Assembly: GCA_010093995.1 (NCBI GenBank)
Contig: ML992501.1
Location: 2,173,320 to 2,237,319, forward strand
Reading direction: 5' to 3'
Length of the DNA stretch: 64,000 nucleotides
Source: Elsinoe ampelina
Lineage: Eukaryota
A model generated the notes under the pieces. The model was not told where the DNA came from. It saw nothing but the letters and a program-made list of their open reading frames with translations, and did no database searches. How positions within the stretch are numbered: the first letter of the stretch is position 1; each line of letters begins with the position of its first letter. Both the position numbers and the translations under genes were made by a program. This document shows, in pieces, positions 25,447 to 37,587 of the stretch.

Positions 25447-26584
25447 GGAGGTGTTCAGGAGGCGCCCTGGTACACGGCTTCGACAGTCCGTGTGACCATT
25501 TGCGCGGAGAAGGGCGGATGTTTTCCAACGGCGTAGAATCTCAGATCCTTATCGAAGAACTGTGTGCAGCTTCTCTGTGGTGCTGGCTGTAATGATGGCG
25601 TTAGGAGCGGAAGATTGGATGTCTGAAATAAGCAAAGACAGTGATGTTGTCAGCCCATGTTGCCAGCAGGGCATCGAGCCTTTGTACAGCAAAAGCTCGC
25701 TGGCCGCATTGACTGCACTGACCGCATTTCCACATGCCCGTCCCTGACCCTGATTAGCCGTGTCATGAGTCGCGTCGCGCCAAGCGAGATCCTTCCTTGC
25801 TGGCGAGACGAGGAGAGTTTCCGCGGGCCATCGCCGCCAGCTTGGGTAGTGAACGTGACGACAAACATAGAAGATACACAAACACGACAATGTAGGCGCC
25901 TGGGTGTTTCAGAGGTCCACGCAAGGCCACGATGGATCTACAGCACGGCATGCACTATAGAGGACGTGTTCAGGTACAAACGCGTCAGCTTTCTCTCTTG
26001 TCGAACCAGATCTTCATAGCAATTGACTTTCATGTCAGGCCTGCAGTGTAGCCTAGTATACCGGAGCCAGGTACACTATCAAAAGCATTGCATAGTCAGC
26101 TGAGTAAATACAGTCCAATGAAAACGCAACACCTGTTGCTGCTCTGTCTGTGAGAAGAGCAGAAATGGCCTTCGAAGATTGCTAACCCCGCACAAAGTGC
26201 TTGTTCTCCAGCACTCGGTCCGCCTGCAGTCAATTGTAACAGGCTCGAGTATCCATCCTGCTGCATGACCCACTAGGCATCTGATATGCACATGGAAAGA
26301 CTATCCTTTGCTCTATCATGCAGCTGAATCAGCATCGATGGACCCAGACAGTCACGTGCTCGCCCGTTCAATGAACCTCGGCACAACTGCCCATTGTCCA
26401 TCGGCGAACCAATAATCTGCCACCAAGAGCGACTTACACTCCTCGGCTTTCCCCAGACGACTCTAAACTCGTCCCTCCACCTCCTCCGCCATCTTCCCCC
26501 TCCATAACCCCTTCTATCATTCCAATACCCTGTTCACCTCGCCCACCAACGCCCACAGCCCTCACGAAGCACACGCGATCCACC

Positions 26585-27000
26585 ATGTCCAAGCAAATTA
26601 CTACCAAGGAAGTTGCCGAGCACAACACGGTCGAGAAGGGCCTCTACATCATCATCGACAATGGCGTATACGAGATGAGCAGCTTTGTGGATGAGCATCC
26701 TGGCGGCGCGAAGATCCTGAAGCGCGTGGGAGGTGAGATAGTCTAGAATTGCTTTCGTACGACTTACTGACTCGTCTGGCAGGCAAGGATGCGAGCAAGC
26801 AGTTCTGGAAGGTATGCGACTCATCCCAACCCCGTCCCCCCATGCACTCTCCACCTGGGCCGTGCCGCAACCGAGTGTGCATGGTTTATGCGGTCTTTTA
26901 GAGTCCTGTCTGACAATTGCAGTACCACAACGAGGGTGTGCTTAAGAAGTACCAACCGAAGCTGAAGATTGGCGAGGTCAAGGAGGAGGCGAAGCTGTAG
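26585..27000 (+). CDS. Small soluble cytochrome b5-like heme-binding protein ending in PTS1 (-AKL)
   Basis: Not in the ORF track. Three exons (introns 26733-26782 and 26812-26922) give MSKQITTKEVAEHN...VYEMSSFVDEHPGGAKILKRVGGKDASKQFWKYHNEGVLKKYQPKLKIGEVKEEAKL*, with the HPGG heme motif. Confidence 0.92.
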
Positions 27001-27359
27001 AAGTGGAAGAGGAAGGACTGTCGTCGCGGCATGTGGGAAGAGAAGCGTGGATCGAGGTATGGACAGGAGGAGGTATATTTGACTTGATCATAGTAGATCA
27101 GGGATACATGGCAGCTGTACAAGCCGAAGTGTAGGATGGTCAGCGGCGGCTGTCGCTGAAGGGACGAGGACTCTGTTACAGCATATTCGGGTGCAGCAGA
27201 ATATAGTGGAGTTGTACATATGGACTTATACTACGATACATACATCGCCTTCATCGATCAATAACAGAAGCCGCTACAGTCGGGTATCAAAAAGAATAAA
27301 CCTACGTCCAGAAATCCCCAGCAACGCCTCGCTCGAACAGAATACCTAAAACAGAATCC

Positions 27360-28914
27360 CTACCGCGACGCCCCACTCGACTTCCTCCTCTGCTCCGACG
27401 AAGTAAAGCTCTTCTCCTTCGCCTCAGCAAGAATATCCTTCCCACCCGCAAACGGGCCCGAATGCGCCAACGGTTCCGGCCTAGGCTGATCCCTGAGTAT
27501 CTTGGCCGCGCGCCTCTTCGTCTCCGTATCCGTAGAGTAATTAGCCGCCATGTACAGCGGTTCCAGGATCCACATGCCATAGCTGAGGTAGGTGTTCTTC
27601 TCCGACAAGACGATAGGAGTGGTCGGCGGGGAGACGCGGGAGACGAGGTCTTCGCATATATCCACGATTCGGGTGAGGAGGGAGTTGAATCTACGGTAGC
27701 GGTCGGTGATGGAGGAGGTGGAGAGGCCGGCGTATTCGACGTTGACGGAGATGTGGCAGAAGATATGGTTGGCTTGGAGGATGAGGAGTTGTTGCTGCTC
27801 GGTGGTCGAAAGAGGGTCGTGTGGTGTGGCGAGGAAGGTGTCAAGGGCGGCTTTCCAGTTGTCTACCCAGGGTTGGTAGTTTCGCATTCGGTTGGCGGCT
27901 TGTAATCGGGATACTTGGTTGGGAAGTCTGCATGTGAGCAGGAAAAGCATCATGATGGTGCTTCTGGCGTCTCGTAGAAGCTGCTCCGCTTCTTGCAGCG
28001 AGCTGAAGCGGGTCGGGAGGTCGGAAGGTGAACAGAAGACCACTGGAGATAGATCTGTCGAGAATAGAGTTGCGACTGAAGTGAAGTAGTTGAAAATTGA
28101 CGAGATGGTTGCTTTAGATACCGGAAACGAATTGTCCTCGTTTTGCATGGTAGTGTCGAGGGTGACGGACTCGACATTTGATAGGTGTTCCCTGTTACGA
28201 GCGGGCATCAATAGCTTGATACCCTGGAAGGCATGCTGTATCGCTGATTTCGTTTGACCTTGCATTGCCTCGAAAGTAGTGAGGACTATGCACAAGGTCT
28301 GTATAGAGGCTAAATTTTTTGATGAGTCTTCTGTGTCTGATCTTGCATGCTTGATCGCATAGTTGATATGGCGGAGCGCAAATGCATATCTTTTATGAAG
28401 ATGAAGCTCTGCTTGTGACCGGCTGTGCACAATAGCCTCATGTAATGATCCCATGCCTATCAGGGCGTGTAAGATCACACGATTGTGGTAGGCCGCTCGT
28501 ATGACCATTTCCTGCCAGAAGGTCGAGCCAAAGCTTCCGGCTAGTTGTGGTGCTGTATAGTCGATGAAAAAGTGGAGACCCTGCCTCTCATCCATCCTTA
28601 CGGTAGGACTAGTGAAAGATAATTGGTCTATATCAAGTGACGGTATCGCCAGACTTGCTTGATCTGGTGGTCGTGGAGAGGGTACGACGGCCTTGGTGCT
28701 GTCGACCGCCAGCACTATGTCCGACTTCCATTTTGTTGATACACGCCGAACACAGGCTGGATTTGTCTGATCGCATCGAACGCCTTTTGCCCTGGGAAGT
28801 GTTAGTTTTATTGCTTGGTCTTAGTTGAGACATTTGTTACAAGCAAGAGATGCACCCAGTCCTTATCCCTCTCCTTCGACGCTCACCATGTCGTCTCCTT
28901 GCAGTCGAAGACAT
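27360..28914 (-). CDS. Zn2Cys6-type transcription factor with degenerate zinc cluster
   Basis: Intron 28792-28840 joins RTGCISCL to AKGVRCDQTNPACVRRVSTKWKSD, in frame with the 451-aa ORF (FF..YTAPQLAG.F.STFW, ILHALIGMGSLHE). Start at 28914 or 29025. Confidence 0.75.
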
Positions 28915-29879
28915 GTGTCGAGTCTGCAGGTAAAGGTAGAAGGGGTTTGAGGGAGCCTCGAGCTTCAAGCTGGGCTTCTCAAATGTATGCTTCTCCAGCA
29001 TGAGTGGTGCGTGGGTCGTCGCCATTGTGAGAGTGTTGGAATGACTATTTGACGAGAATGGGTTTTGGAATCACACAAGTACCCGCGATCAAAATGTATA
29101 ATCAAAGATGACCATGTAGTCCCGGCATGACGTCCCAGCTGAGCACTAACCAGTCAGCCGGTAGGGCAGCCCGTCCGAACGCGTACTCTGTCAGGCAGAA
29201 GAGTCCAAGAAGAGAAAAGAATGGGAGTAACCTGCGAGACTAACGCCAGATGCAGGAAGAGGTACAGAAAAGATAGGCTGTAGTAGCACGGTCCCTTGTA
29301 TAAGCAGAAGGGTGGTGGTGGGATCGACGGTCGGCAGCGCTGGTATGTTTCAAAGAAAGAGGATGGACAGGCCAAGGCAGCCACAGACTCGAGATTGAAT
29401 GTTCAAACAATGGGAAATTAAGTAGTGGCGATAAACAGAAAATCTATCAGACCTGTGGTTTGTGTAGCTTGTGTAGTGCTATTTTGGGAGGGCCGAGGAA
29501 CAAGTGGTCGTCCTTCGACGCCAGATCTGGCAGTGGGCGGTTGTTCTTTGAAAAGAGACAGGCAGGATCAGGCCCAGATCACCGACATGGCGCCTCGCTA
29601 AGCACGTGGAGGGCGACAACCAGAGGTTCGGCAAAAGGCGGAGTCGGGGCGGCCGGCGAGATGAGATTTTGGACCTGCAGATCAGCCGCAAACGACGACG
29701 ACATCATCATCTTGGCCTTTGACCGCGTAACCTGCTGACCATTCCTGCAACAGCACCTGCATATAGCATCAGATTTGGAACTTGACCAGGCTCTAGCGAC
29801 CTAAAATACAAATCACCTGAAGACCGATCGCAAATAGGGCGGCGGAAAGGGACTGTTTGTTGGCAGATACAGCTTCCGT

Positions 29880-31735
29880 ATGCACAATGTCCTCAACATG
29901 CCTGCGCGGCTTGGGCCGACATCAACTCGTGCTTACCGTGCTTTGATCTATTACAATCGAGCCGGTGCAGGTCGACTCTCCATGTACGTCAGTTGAATTG
30001 ATCCGAGTCATCGGTCTCAATCAGATCGGAGCTGATTGTTCAGACCTCGAAGATATCTATCCTCGGGTTCAGGAGCCCCTGAGGATGTTGCCATCATCGG
30101 AGGGGGTATCACTGGTCTGGCATGTGCTTACTACGTCACAAAGCATTACCCTGCGGCCAAGATAACACTCTACGAGAAGAGTCCCAGATTTGGAGGTTGG
30201 CTTCTTTCCGAGAGGATCCCGGTTGACGATGAAGGTGGTACAGTCCTGTTCGAAGCGGGTCCAAGATCGCTACGCCCTCTTGGCAACGGGGCATTAGCAC
30301 TTTCTATGGTCCGTTCAGACCCGACACAATTGCAACACACCAGAAACTGACAGCCCTGTAGTTGGTCGACTTGGATCTGCTAAAGGACACGATCTGGACT
30401 TCAAAATCATCTCCAGCAGCTACAAGCAGATATATCTACTACCCGGATCACTTGGTACGACTATTAGCTCCGCCGGCGCCAGGATGGGTCGCAGAGAGCT
30501 GGAAAACAATGCTGTCGGAGCCGCTTTTTGAGGGATTCCTCCCTGCTCTAGCTACCGAAGCATTCAGAGGCTCCAGACACCAAGATCTCAGTGATGAGTC
30601 CGTAGCTCAGTTCATCAGCCGCCGAATGGGTCCAAATGTGGCGAACCGAGTACTTTCTGCGGTGTTTCACGGCATCTATGCAGGCGATGTCAACAAATTA
30701 AGCGCAAAAAGTTTGCTCAAACGATTATGGGAGATCGAAGGCGAGTATGGAAGTTTCATGGCTTCGGCTCTCGTTGGTCCATTCCGACGACCGAAGATGC
30801 CTCCTAAGAGGGAACTGGCATTCATGGAAGCCTTGACGGACTTGCCAGTCCCGCCACAACATCTAGCTGATCAAATAAAGATGTCTAGTGTCTACACATT
30901 CCGTAATGGTCTCGGACAGTTCACAGACTCACTGGTTGGCTATTTGTGGGATCGGCCGAGGACCAACTTCCAGCATGGCAGTACTGTCAATGCGCTCGAA
31001 CACAAGGCGGATGGAACGCTGGATATCACCATCAACAAGAACAACGAAACCACGAAACACTCACACACGCATGCAATCTGGACCGCGGTGCCAGGCTCAT
31101 TGACGCAAACAGCATCGGCGACTGGAAGTATCAAGCAGGACTTGGAGGACATTCCATTCGAGACAGTCATGACTGTCAACCTGTACTACAAGTCACCTGA
31201 TCTGCATCCCCCCGGGTTCGGATATCTGATCCCATTGGCAACCCCTATTGAGCAAAACCCCGAGAATGCTTTAGGAGTAGTCTTCGATAATTCGTATGCG
31301 CCAGATCCTGCATTCGACGATGATGATATTCAGGGCCCAGCACAAGACACTGTCAAGCAGCGAGGTACGAAGCTCACGGTTATGCTCGGGGGCCATTACT
31401 GGAGTTCTTGGCCGACTTATCCGTCCGAGGAAGAAGGCTTGGCTATGGCTAAAAGTATTTTAAAGAGGCACCTCAATATCACCGAAGAGCCAACCGCAAG
31501 TCGCGTGAACCTCAACACCAATTGCATTCCGCAGTACACAGTCGGACACGAGAGGCGGCTCAATAGCATTCATGATGGTTTGGTCAAGCAGTACGGTGGG
31601 ACTCTCAGGGTGGCAGGAAGCTGGATCAATGGTGTCGGAGTGAACGACTGTCTGAGAAGTGCATGGAACACAGTCAGTGATTTGCAGCATGGTCAGCGAT
31701 CCGGCTTGGAGAGCATTGTGAATCCCGACGGATGA
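29880..31735 (+). CDS. HEM14: Protoporphyrinogen oxidase
   Basis: FAD-binding VAIIGGGITGL, FEAGPRSL, GIYAGD, GFGYLIP, CIPQYTVGH and GVGVNDC. Introns 29984-30043 and 30309-30361. Basic N-terminal presequence; start at 29880 or 29898. Confidence 0.92.
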
Positions 31736-32131
31736 TGCACGTCGATACATCAAGGGATAGTGTACAATACATATGGAACCAGACGCCATGAGCGGCGAAG
31801 ACCTCTGAGACCTCTTCTGTGCAATCTATGTCATCTGATTCATGTCCATTGAACAGAACCCTTTTTTCCTGGTGTCAGTATGTGAGCCCCTGGGTAAAGC
31901 TTTGGCTGCTGACTCAGCGTTGTTCATTTTGCGGGAATGACTTCGCGTCGCATCTTCAGCCCCGAACGTGTCGAGCGAGATTCATTGAGACTCAATGCGC
32001 CGACCTCACTATCACGATTTCTATTCATTGCGCTTCTTCCATACCTGCTTCTGAGCCAATAACTTTCGCGCAGCACGCATTGGTCTATTCAAAGGGTCGC
32101 AGTCCCCGGAGACGAGCTCGTCATATCAACC

Positions 32132-34503
32132 ATGCAGGACCCCAGCTATGGAGTGCCCAATCCTCTTGTACACTATCTCAGCACGTTTTTCATGATATTC
32201 GGAGTGCTAACATGTACAGACACAACATGTGCATCTCGTGTCAAATTACAACTTTCCCTTCTCGGCGCGACTTTCGTTAGGCCAAGCATTCGACGCACTC
32301 TTCAAAGCCCCCCAGATCGTCAAGCAACATGCGACTATGTCATGGAAATACTTTAATCCTCCACCTAGAGATGGTGAGACCTTCTTGACATGGATATCTC
32401 CGCGCTACAACGATGTGTACCCCAGCGACGGGTACATCTGGGCGGGACAAGAGGAGAGAGTCTTTCAAGAGATGAGTGGCTACGTGCGTTGCCAAAAGCA
32501 GAAACTATCAAACAAGACTGATGAACATCTAGACGATCGAAATCGCTGTGCAGCATGCGGGATACCAGCCTCGCCATGACGCTGTTGCAAACCACCGCCG
32601 AGCACGATACAGGCTTGTTCAGAAGAATCCTAACGTCAACGCACCACCGCCAGACCGAAACTTATGGCTTGTACACTATGGTCCTGCCGAGCCCCAACGT
32701 ATGATGCAACCGTCCCAGATACCAATCTCGCGACTTCAGCAAGTGCAATTAGCACAGAGATCACAGATAGAGTCGCAAGGACCCTTGGAACAAAATCAAT
32801 TCATGCTTCACGATCGTGATAGGTGGCCGGTCCTGAAAGGTGGAAGACCCGGGTCGCAAGGTGTCATGCCAGGTCAACCTGGAATGCCGCCAAACGCAAT
32901 GGCGCACATGGCGAACCCTCGATTCGGTGGTCAACACTACCAGCAGCAGGCACAAGCAGCAGCCGGACCATCGCCAGCGAAAAGGCAACGGACAAGTATG
33001 GCAGCTGGGCCTCAAGCTGGTCCTCAGTTATCGGAGTACCACGATCTGGATGCAGAGGACGAATTCGCTCTTGGAGACTACCTGGACACCCTCTCTCAAC
33101 GAGATGTGAGCAAGGCAAGGTATATTCAGCATCACGAATGGATGGAAGAGGTGTTCTCGTCGCCTTATGCCATTAGCCAACTCGAGCCAGTCTACCTAGG
33201 CTTTGGCTTGATGGGTGAGCTGGCAGGACTTACCAGAGGTGTCTTTGAAACGGTGGAGAAGGCAGCCAAGCAATATCATGAGAGTGCGAAGGCGGAGGAT
33301 CAACTAGTCACACCCGCAAGAGTCTCCCCAGATCAGGTCAAGGACTTTGAAACGAAAGTGAATACGTATCTGGACGAAGGACAAGCGCAGATCAAGAAGA
33401 TGAAAGATGATCATGCCAGGAAGATGGAGGAATGGCGCAATGGTAAGACTATAACCAAGGCCGAAAAGAGACTTCGAAATGCTCGATGGGTGGATGAGGG
33501 AGCGCGCCAATCGCCTCTGAATGGACTTGTGGGCGGACGTGAGGCAGCGGAGCCTGCGGACAATATCGTCAAGGAGGTCGAGACGTCCTTGGGCTCTTCA
33601 ATCGTCAGCAAGCCCCTCAACAACCTTGTGGAGAGAGGAGGATTGAAAGAGAAGGTGGCCCAGCCGGACCCGGAGCCCGTCACGAACGGTACCCACGAGC
33701 AATCTAATGGCGCACCGCATGATCAAATGCAAATTTCCGAGCCAAATCTGCAGCAACAAGCACCACAAGGACTTTCAGGTCAGTCGCAACCCTCGACACA
33801 GCAGCAACCATCTGCACAAGTCGCCCAGATTGCACCGCAGCGACAACAGCCACCGCAACATCAGAACCCAACAGTGACCGCTCAGCCTCCAGCACCGTCA
33901 GAGCCGCAGCAGTCAATAGAAGACACGGTGATGGACTTTCCCACGGACGACCTGGAAACAATGGACACCTCCAATTTTGAAATGGAAGATATCGACATGG
34001 ACATAGGAGATAACACCGACTTCAACTTTAACGACACGCTCGACACATCCACACCCCAGAACACGTCCATGCCAGCGACATCTGCGCAGACCAATCCCGT
34101 ACAAACTCCAGCACCATCAACGCAGACAGCCACGACCCAATCCGCCCCAGCACCGCAACAAAGCCTCGACGCCTCGACGGCAACTGGCCAACAGGGCACC
34201 GACGGAGCCGACCTCTCCTTCCACCCGACACCAGGCGACAACTCGGCCTTTGACGAATTCACGGCCGGCGATGGCTTCGTGGACTTTGGCGACGGGGACG
34301 ACAACCCGGGAGGTAGCGGCCCAGGCAGTCTAGGTCAGACACCAGGTGGGGGCCTGGATCTCGATCTCGGGTTGGAGGGGAGCGCGTTTGGGGATGCTTT
34401 CCACGGGAGTCTTGGTGGGAGTGGAGCGGGGACGCCGGGGCAGGGAGGTGGAGTTGGGGGAGACTCGGGGGCGGGGTCTGGCCAGGAGGGGCAGGGGGCT
34501 TAA
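32132..34503 (+). CDS. SSR4: SWI/SNF and RSC complex subunit Ssr4-like (DUF1750)
   Basis: MQDPS...HVHLVS, PSDGYIW, LWLVHY and ARYIQHHEWMEEVFSSPY. Introns 32168-32219 and 32484-32532. Confidence 0.8.
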
Positions 34504-37500
34504 GGTTGGACGCGAATTGGTTCTGGGAAGGAGAGCAACGATACCGAGTGACACTGAGGATGTTGTAGAGTATAGTGAGAGTGTGAGCGATGCGAGGAAT
34601 TCCATGTCCTTAGCCATTGTGACGCCGGTCCATCCGAGACTTTGTTTCCACCCATGCCCTCCAGTCATGCCTGCTGAAATATGAGCAGGAGCAACTTGTG
34701 CGTGACGCTTTTACCCCGTGAACCTAGCCCGCAGCGTCAGAGCACCGACAAGGAGAGCTCTAGTATGCAGGAGGCCGTATCACTTTCTCAGGACTGGTTC
34801 GGGGAGGGCTGGACGCGTAGGCAGGAGAAGGGGGCGAGGGCAGGGCATCACACGCTAGGTGAGAGGTATACTTCTCTGCTGGCAGTCACCGAGCGAACAC
34901 CAGCACACTTCTTGCCGGCGTGACCACGGGGGCGAGGTTGGGAGGGCAAAAGCACCTACCTCTCTCTCTCACTCTGCATCAAGAGGTCTCAACAAAGGTC
35001 TGATGAACAACATGTTTACCTTTTCTGAACGGGCGATACTTTGTATCATGTACGCAACCACGCGTGCACCTGAGGCAGTTACGGCTTTGCGGCACGCATG
35101 TGTATTGCGTGGCTTGCGATGGGATATCAGGTCGTCGTGGGACGTGGGCGGGGTTTTGCGGTACGAATGGCACAGACGGCGTCTCAGGTGGTGCCCGCGA
35201 GCCAGGAAGATGGAGAGTTTGTCGGGACGACAGAGGGATCCGTGGCTGGAGAGTTTGGGGGTTTGGCGGTGGCCGCGGTGCAGTCAGCTACAGTAATGTG
35301 AGTTTGAAGTCAACGGTGGTGCGGTGGTTCCGCTTTTTGCATGTTTGGTTGATGGATCTGATGGTTTGATGCTTGATGGTTGAGCAGGATGATCGAGTGA
35401 TGGCTGATGAAATAAGATGTACAAGGATGTACCGCTGGTCGTTGATGTTGGGAATGCCTATCGTTGTCCTTGCTTGCATTCAAAGGACGAGAGTATACAG
35501 AGGTGTGAGGTCAAGGTAGTGGCCGTGACCAGCCAATGACAATCCCTGTCGGCGGTTCCGGCAAGGGTGTAGAGGCTGAGGCATGGCATCAGTGGATACG
35601 CTGGGCGAGCTAACCTGTTCCTATCGGTACCTGAATGCTCTTCCAGCCCCTGGTCAGGGCAGACAGTTCTGTAACGCAAGGCTCTGTTGGGCCCGTCTAT
35701 GCGCTGTGGTACTGTTAGTTGGCCTTGGACGCCGCTCTGTTTGCTGACAAGCAATCGAAATTGTATCGACCGGGCTGGAAATAGCTTCTGCTGAACGAGT
35801 GCTGCGGTTGCAGCGAGTGGACCACACATTGCGATGACGAAAGTCGCAATGTTGTTGGCTGACAGACTGCGAAAGAAGTTCAACGACTGTGGGTCTGCTG
35901 CAACGGCCACATCGTTGCAATAACGCTCGGTTGATATCCGAATGCCGTCAAGAGATGCAGCGGGACACGGTGGTCGTGGCAGCAGCTTCAGACAACTCTG
36001 TCGGCAGCATCCATGTCCATCACGATGGCCGATATAGCCGCGAATAGGGGCAATGGCTTGGTCGACCAAGAGAGAGTCTTGTCGGCCTCGTGCTGAGTGA
36101 GGGCGAGGATTGGTTGATGATCTGCCCTTAATTAATGAAAGGATGGGGAAGGATCCAAACTACTGACTCGTCCCGGCAAGGACAAAAAGCCAATTCGGGC
36201 CAAAACAACCCAAGAGACGCGGCCACGAATAATGACAAGGAAAGTCGACACCGGTTGCATGAACTTCTCCCAGCACCAGAGAGTACCAATGAAATTTTAA
36301 TGGCCAATAACAAAGGCATTGTGAAGACGGAGAAGTATGATGCGACGGCATGTGATGATCATGGATGAAATGGTCAAGTAACAGCCGCATTCCCTTCGGA
36401 CGATGGTCAAAGGATGCTGAATGGCGCCCTAGTCTCGCTCACCCAGGCTTTCCCGCCAAAAGCGTGCACGACAGGATGCGAAACATGGTGATGAGTAGCG
36501 ACTAGTCATGGCCTGCAAAGAGGAACGGCATGCCTTGCTTCTCGCCCGCAACATCGCATTGTCGGGCGTCGCGGCCGTTGCCCTCTGACCACATCCACCG
36601 TTGAGGCGGTTTGACGAACGACATCATTTGTTCTCTTCCTCGTTGGATGCGCACAACGTCGTCCGTCTTCGATACACTCCGAAACCAAAACGGGCGTTCT
36701 GATGCACGCTTTGAGCATGCGAAACTCCACCGGGCGATTCACCCTGGCGCAGATCATGACGGGCTGCTGCAGGCACAAGCCACCGAACCGCCTGTTTCTG
36801 CTTTTTTAGCAGTGTACCAAGCTTTTTCTTGTCTACAATTGGTGGAGCTGGCTAGCGATGGTTGCCGCCGGCCCTGACCTGCCTTGGACGCAGGACCCCA
36901 GACGGCCCTCGCTTTCGTCTCTACCACTCCGAGCCTCTCCAAGCGGGCCCACAAGCCTGATTGCAATCGACAGAGAGTTACCACCCGGCGCCATGTGTCT
37001 CGTATTGCGCGGGCCCTCCCATCTCGCTGGACCTCGCGAGCCCGGCCCATCACTCGGTCTGAGGGCGCTACCTTCACGAGACAATCCATCTCGCTCCCAA
37101 AAATTCTTATGTCTGATACTACCTCGTCTTTCCCCTCACCGTTCCTTCTCCTCTTTTCCCAATATCTTGCATCACAGGTTTCTCTTTTCGACTTCACCAC
37201 GCAGGTGATCGTCTGTCGTTGCTTTTCGCCTCTTCCTTCGCCTTTTCACCCTGCCGACTGTCCCATCCTCACCTGCCATATAGGCAATTAATTTCGGACA
37301 GCAGCCGTCACTCGCTCGCATTACTTGACCAGGCACACATTCGCTACCTACACGGCATAGAAATTTCTTCACAGCCCACAAACATTTGTGTCTGGGTTTT
37401 CTATCACCTCGAAAACATCATCTCCACCAGGGATACATCTTGGCAGCCGGGCTATTTCTGGACTATTGCCTCTAATACCAACACGTACGGCTATCCATCG

Positions 37501-37587
37501 ATTTCCAGGCACGGCGGGTCCCCTTGGTAATTGATATCAACCCTACCATTACTTAATCGCACTTCGCCTCAAGACCGCACATTGACA

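Noticed and set aside
26585..31735. Cytochrome b5 + TF + protoporphyrinogen oxidase as a heme cluster
   Set aside because: No shared motif seen, and adjacency alone is weak evidence.
34860..37500. Several 100-200 aa ORFs upstream of the tyrosinase (e.g. 35458-36069)
   Set aside because: No domain motifs, non-ATG starts and no codon bias. Treated as intergenic/regulatory.
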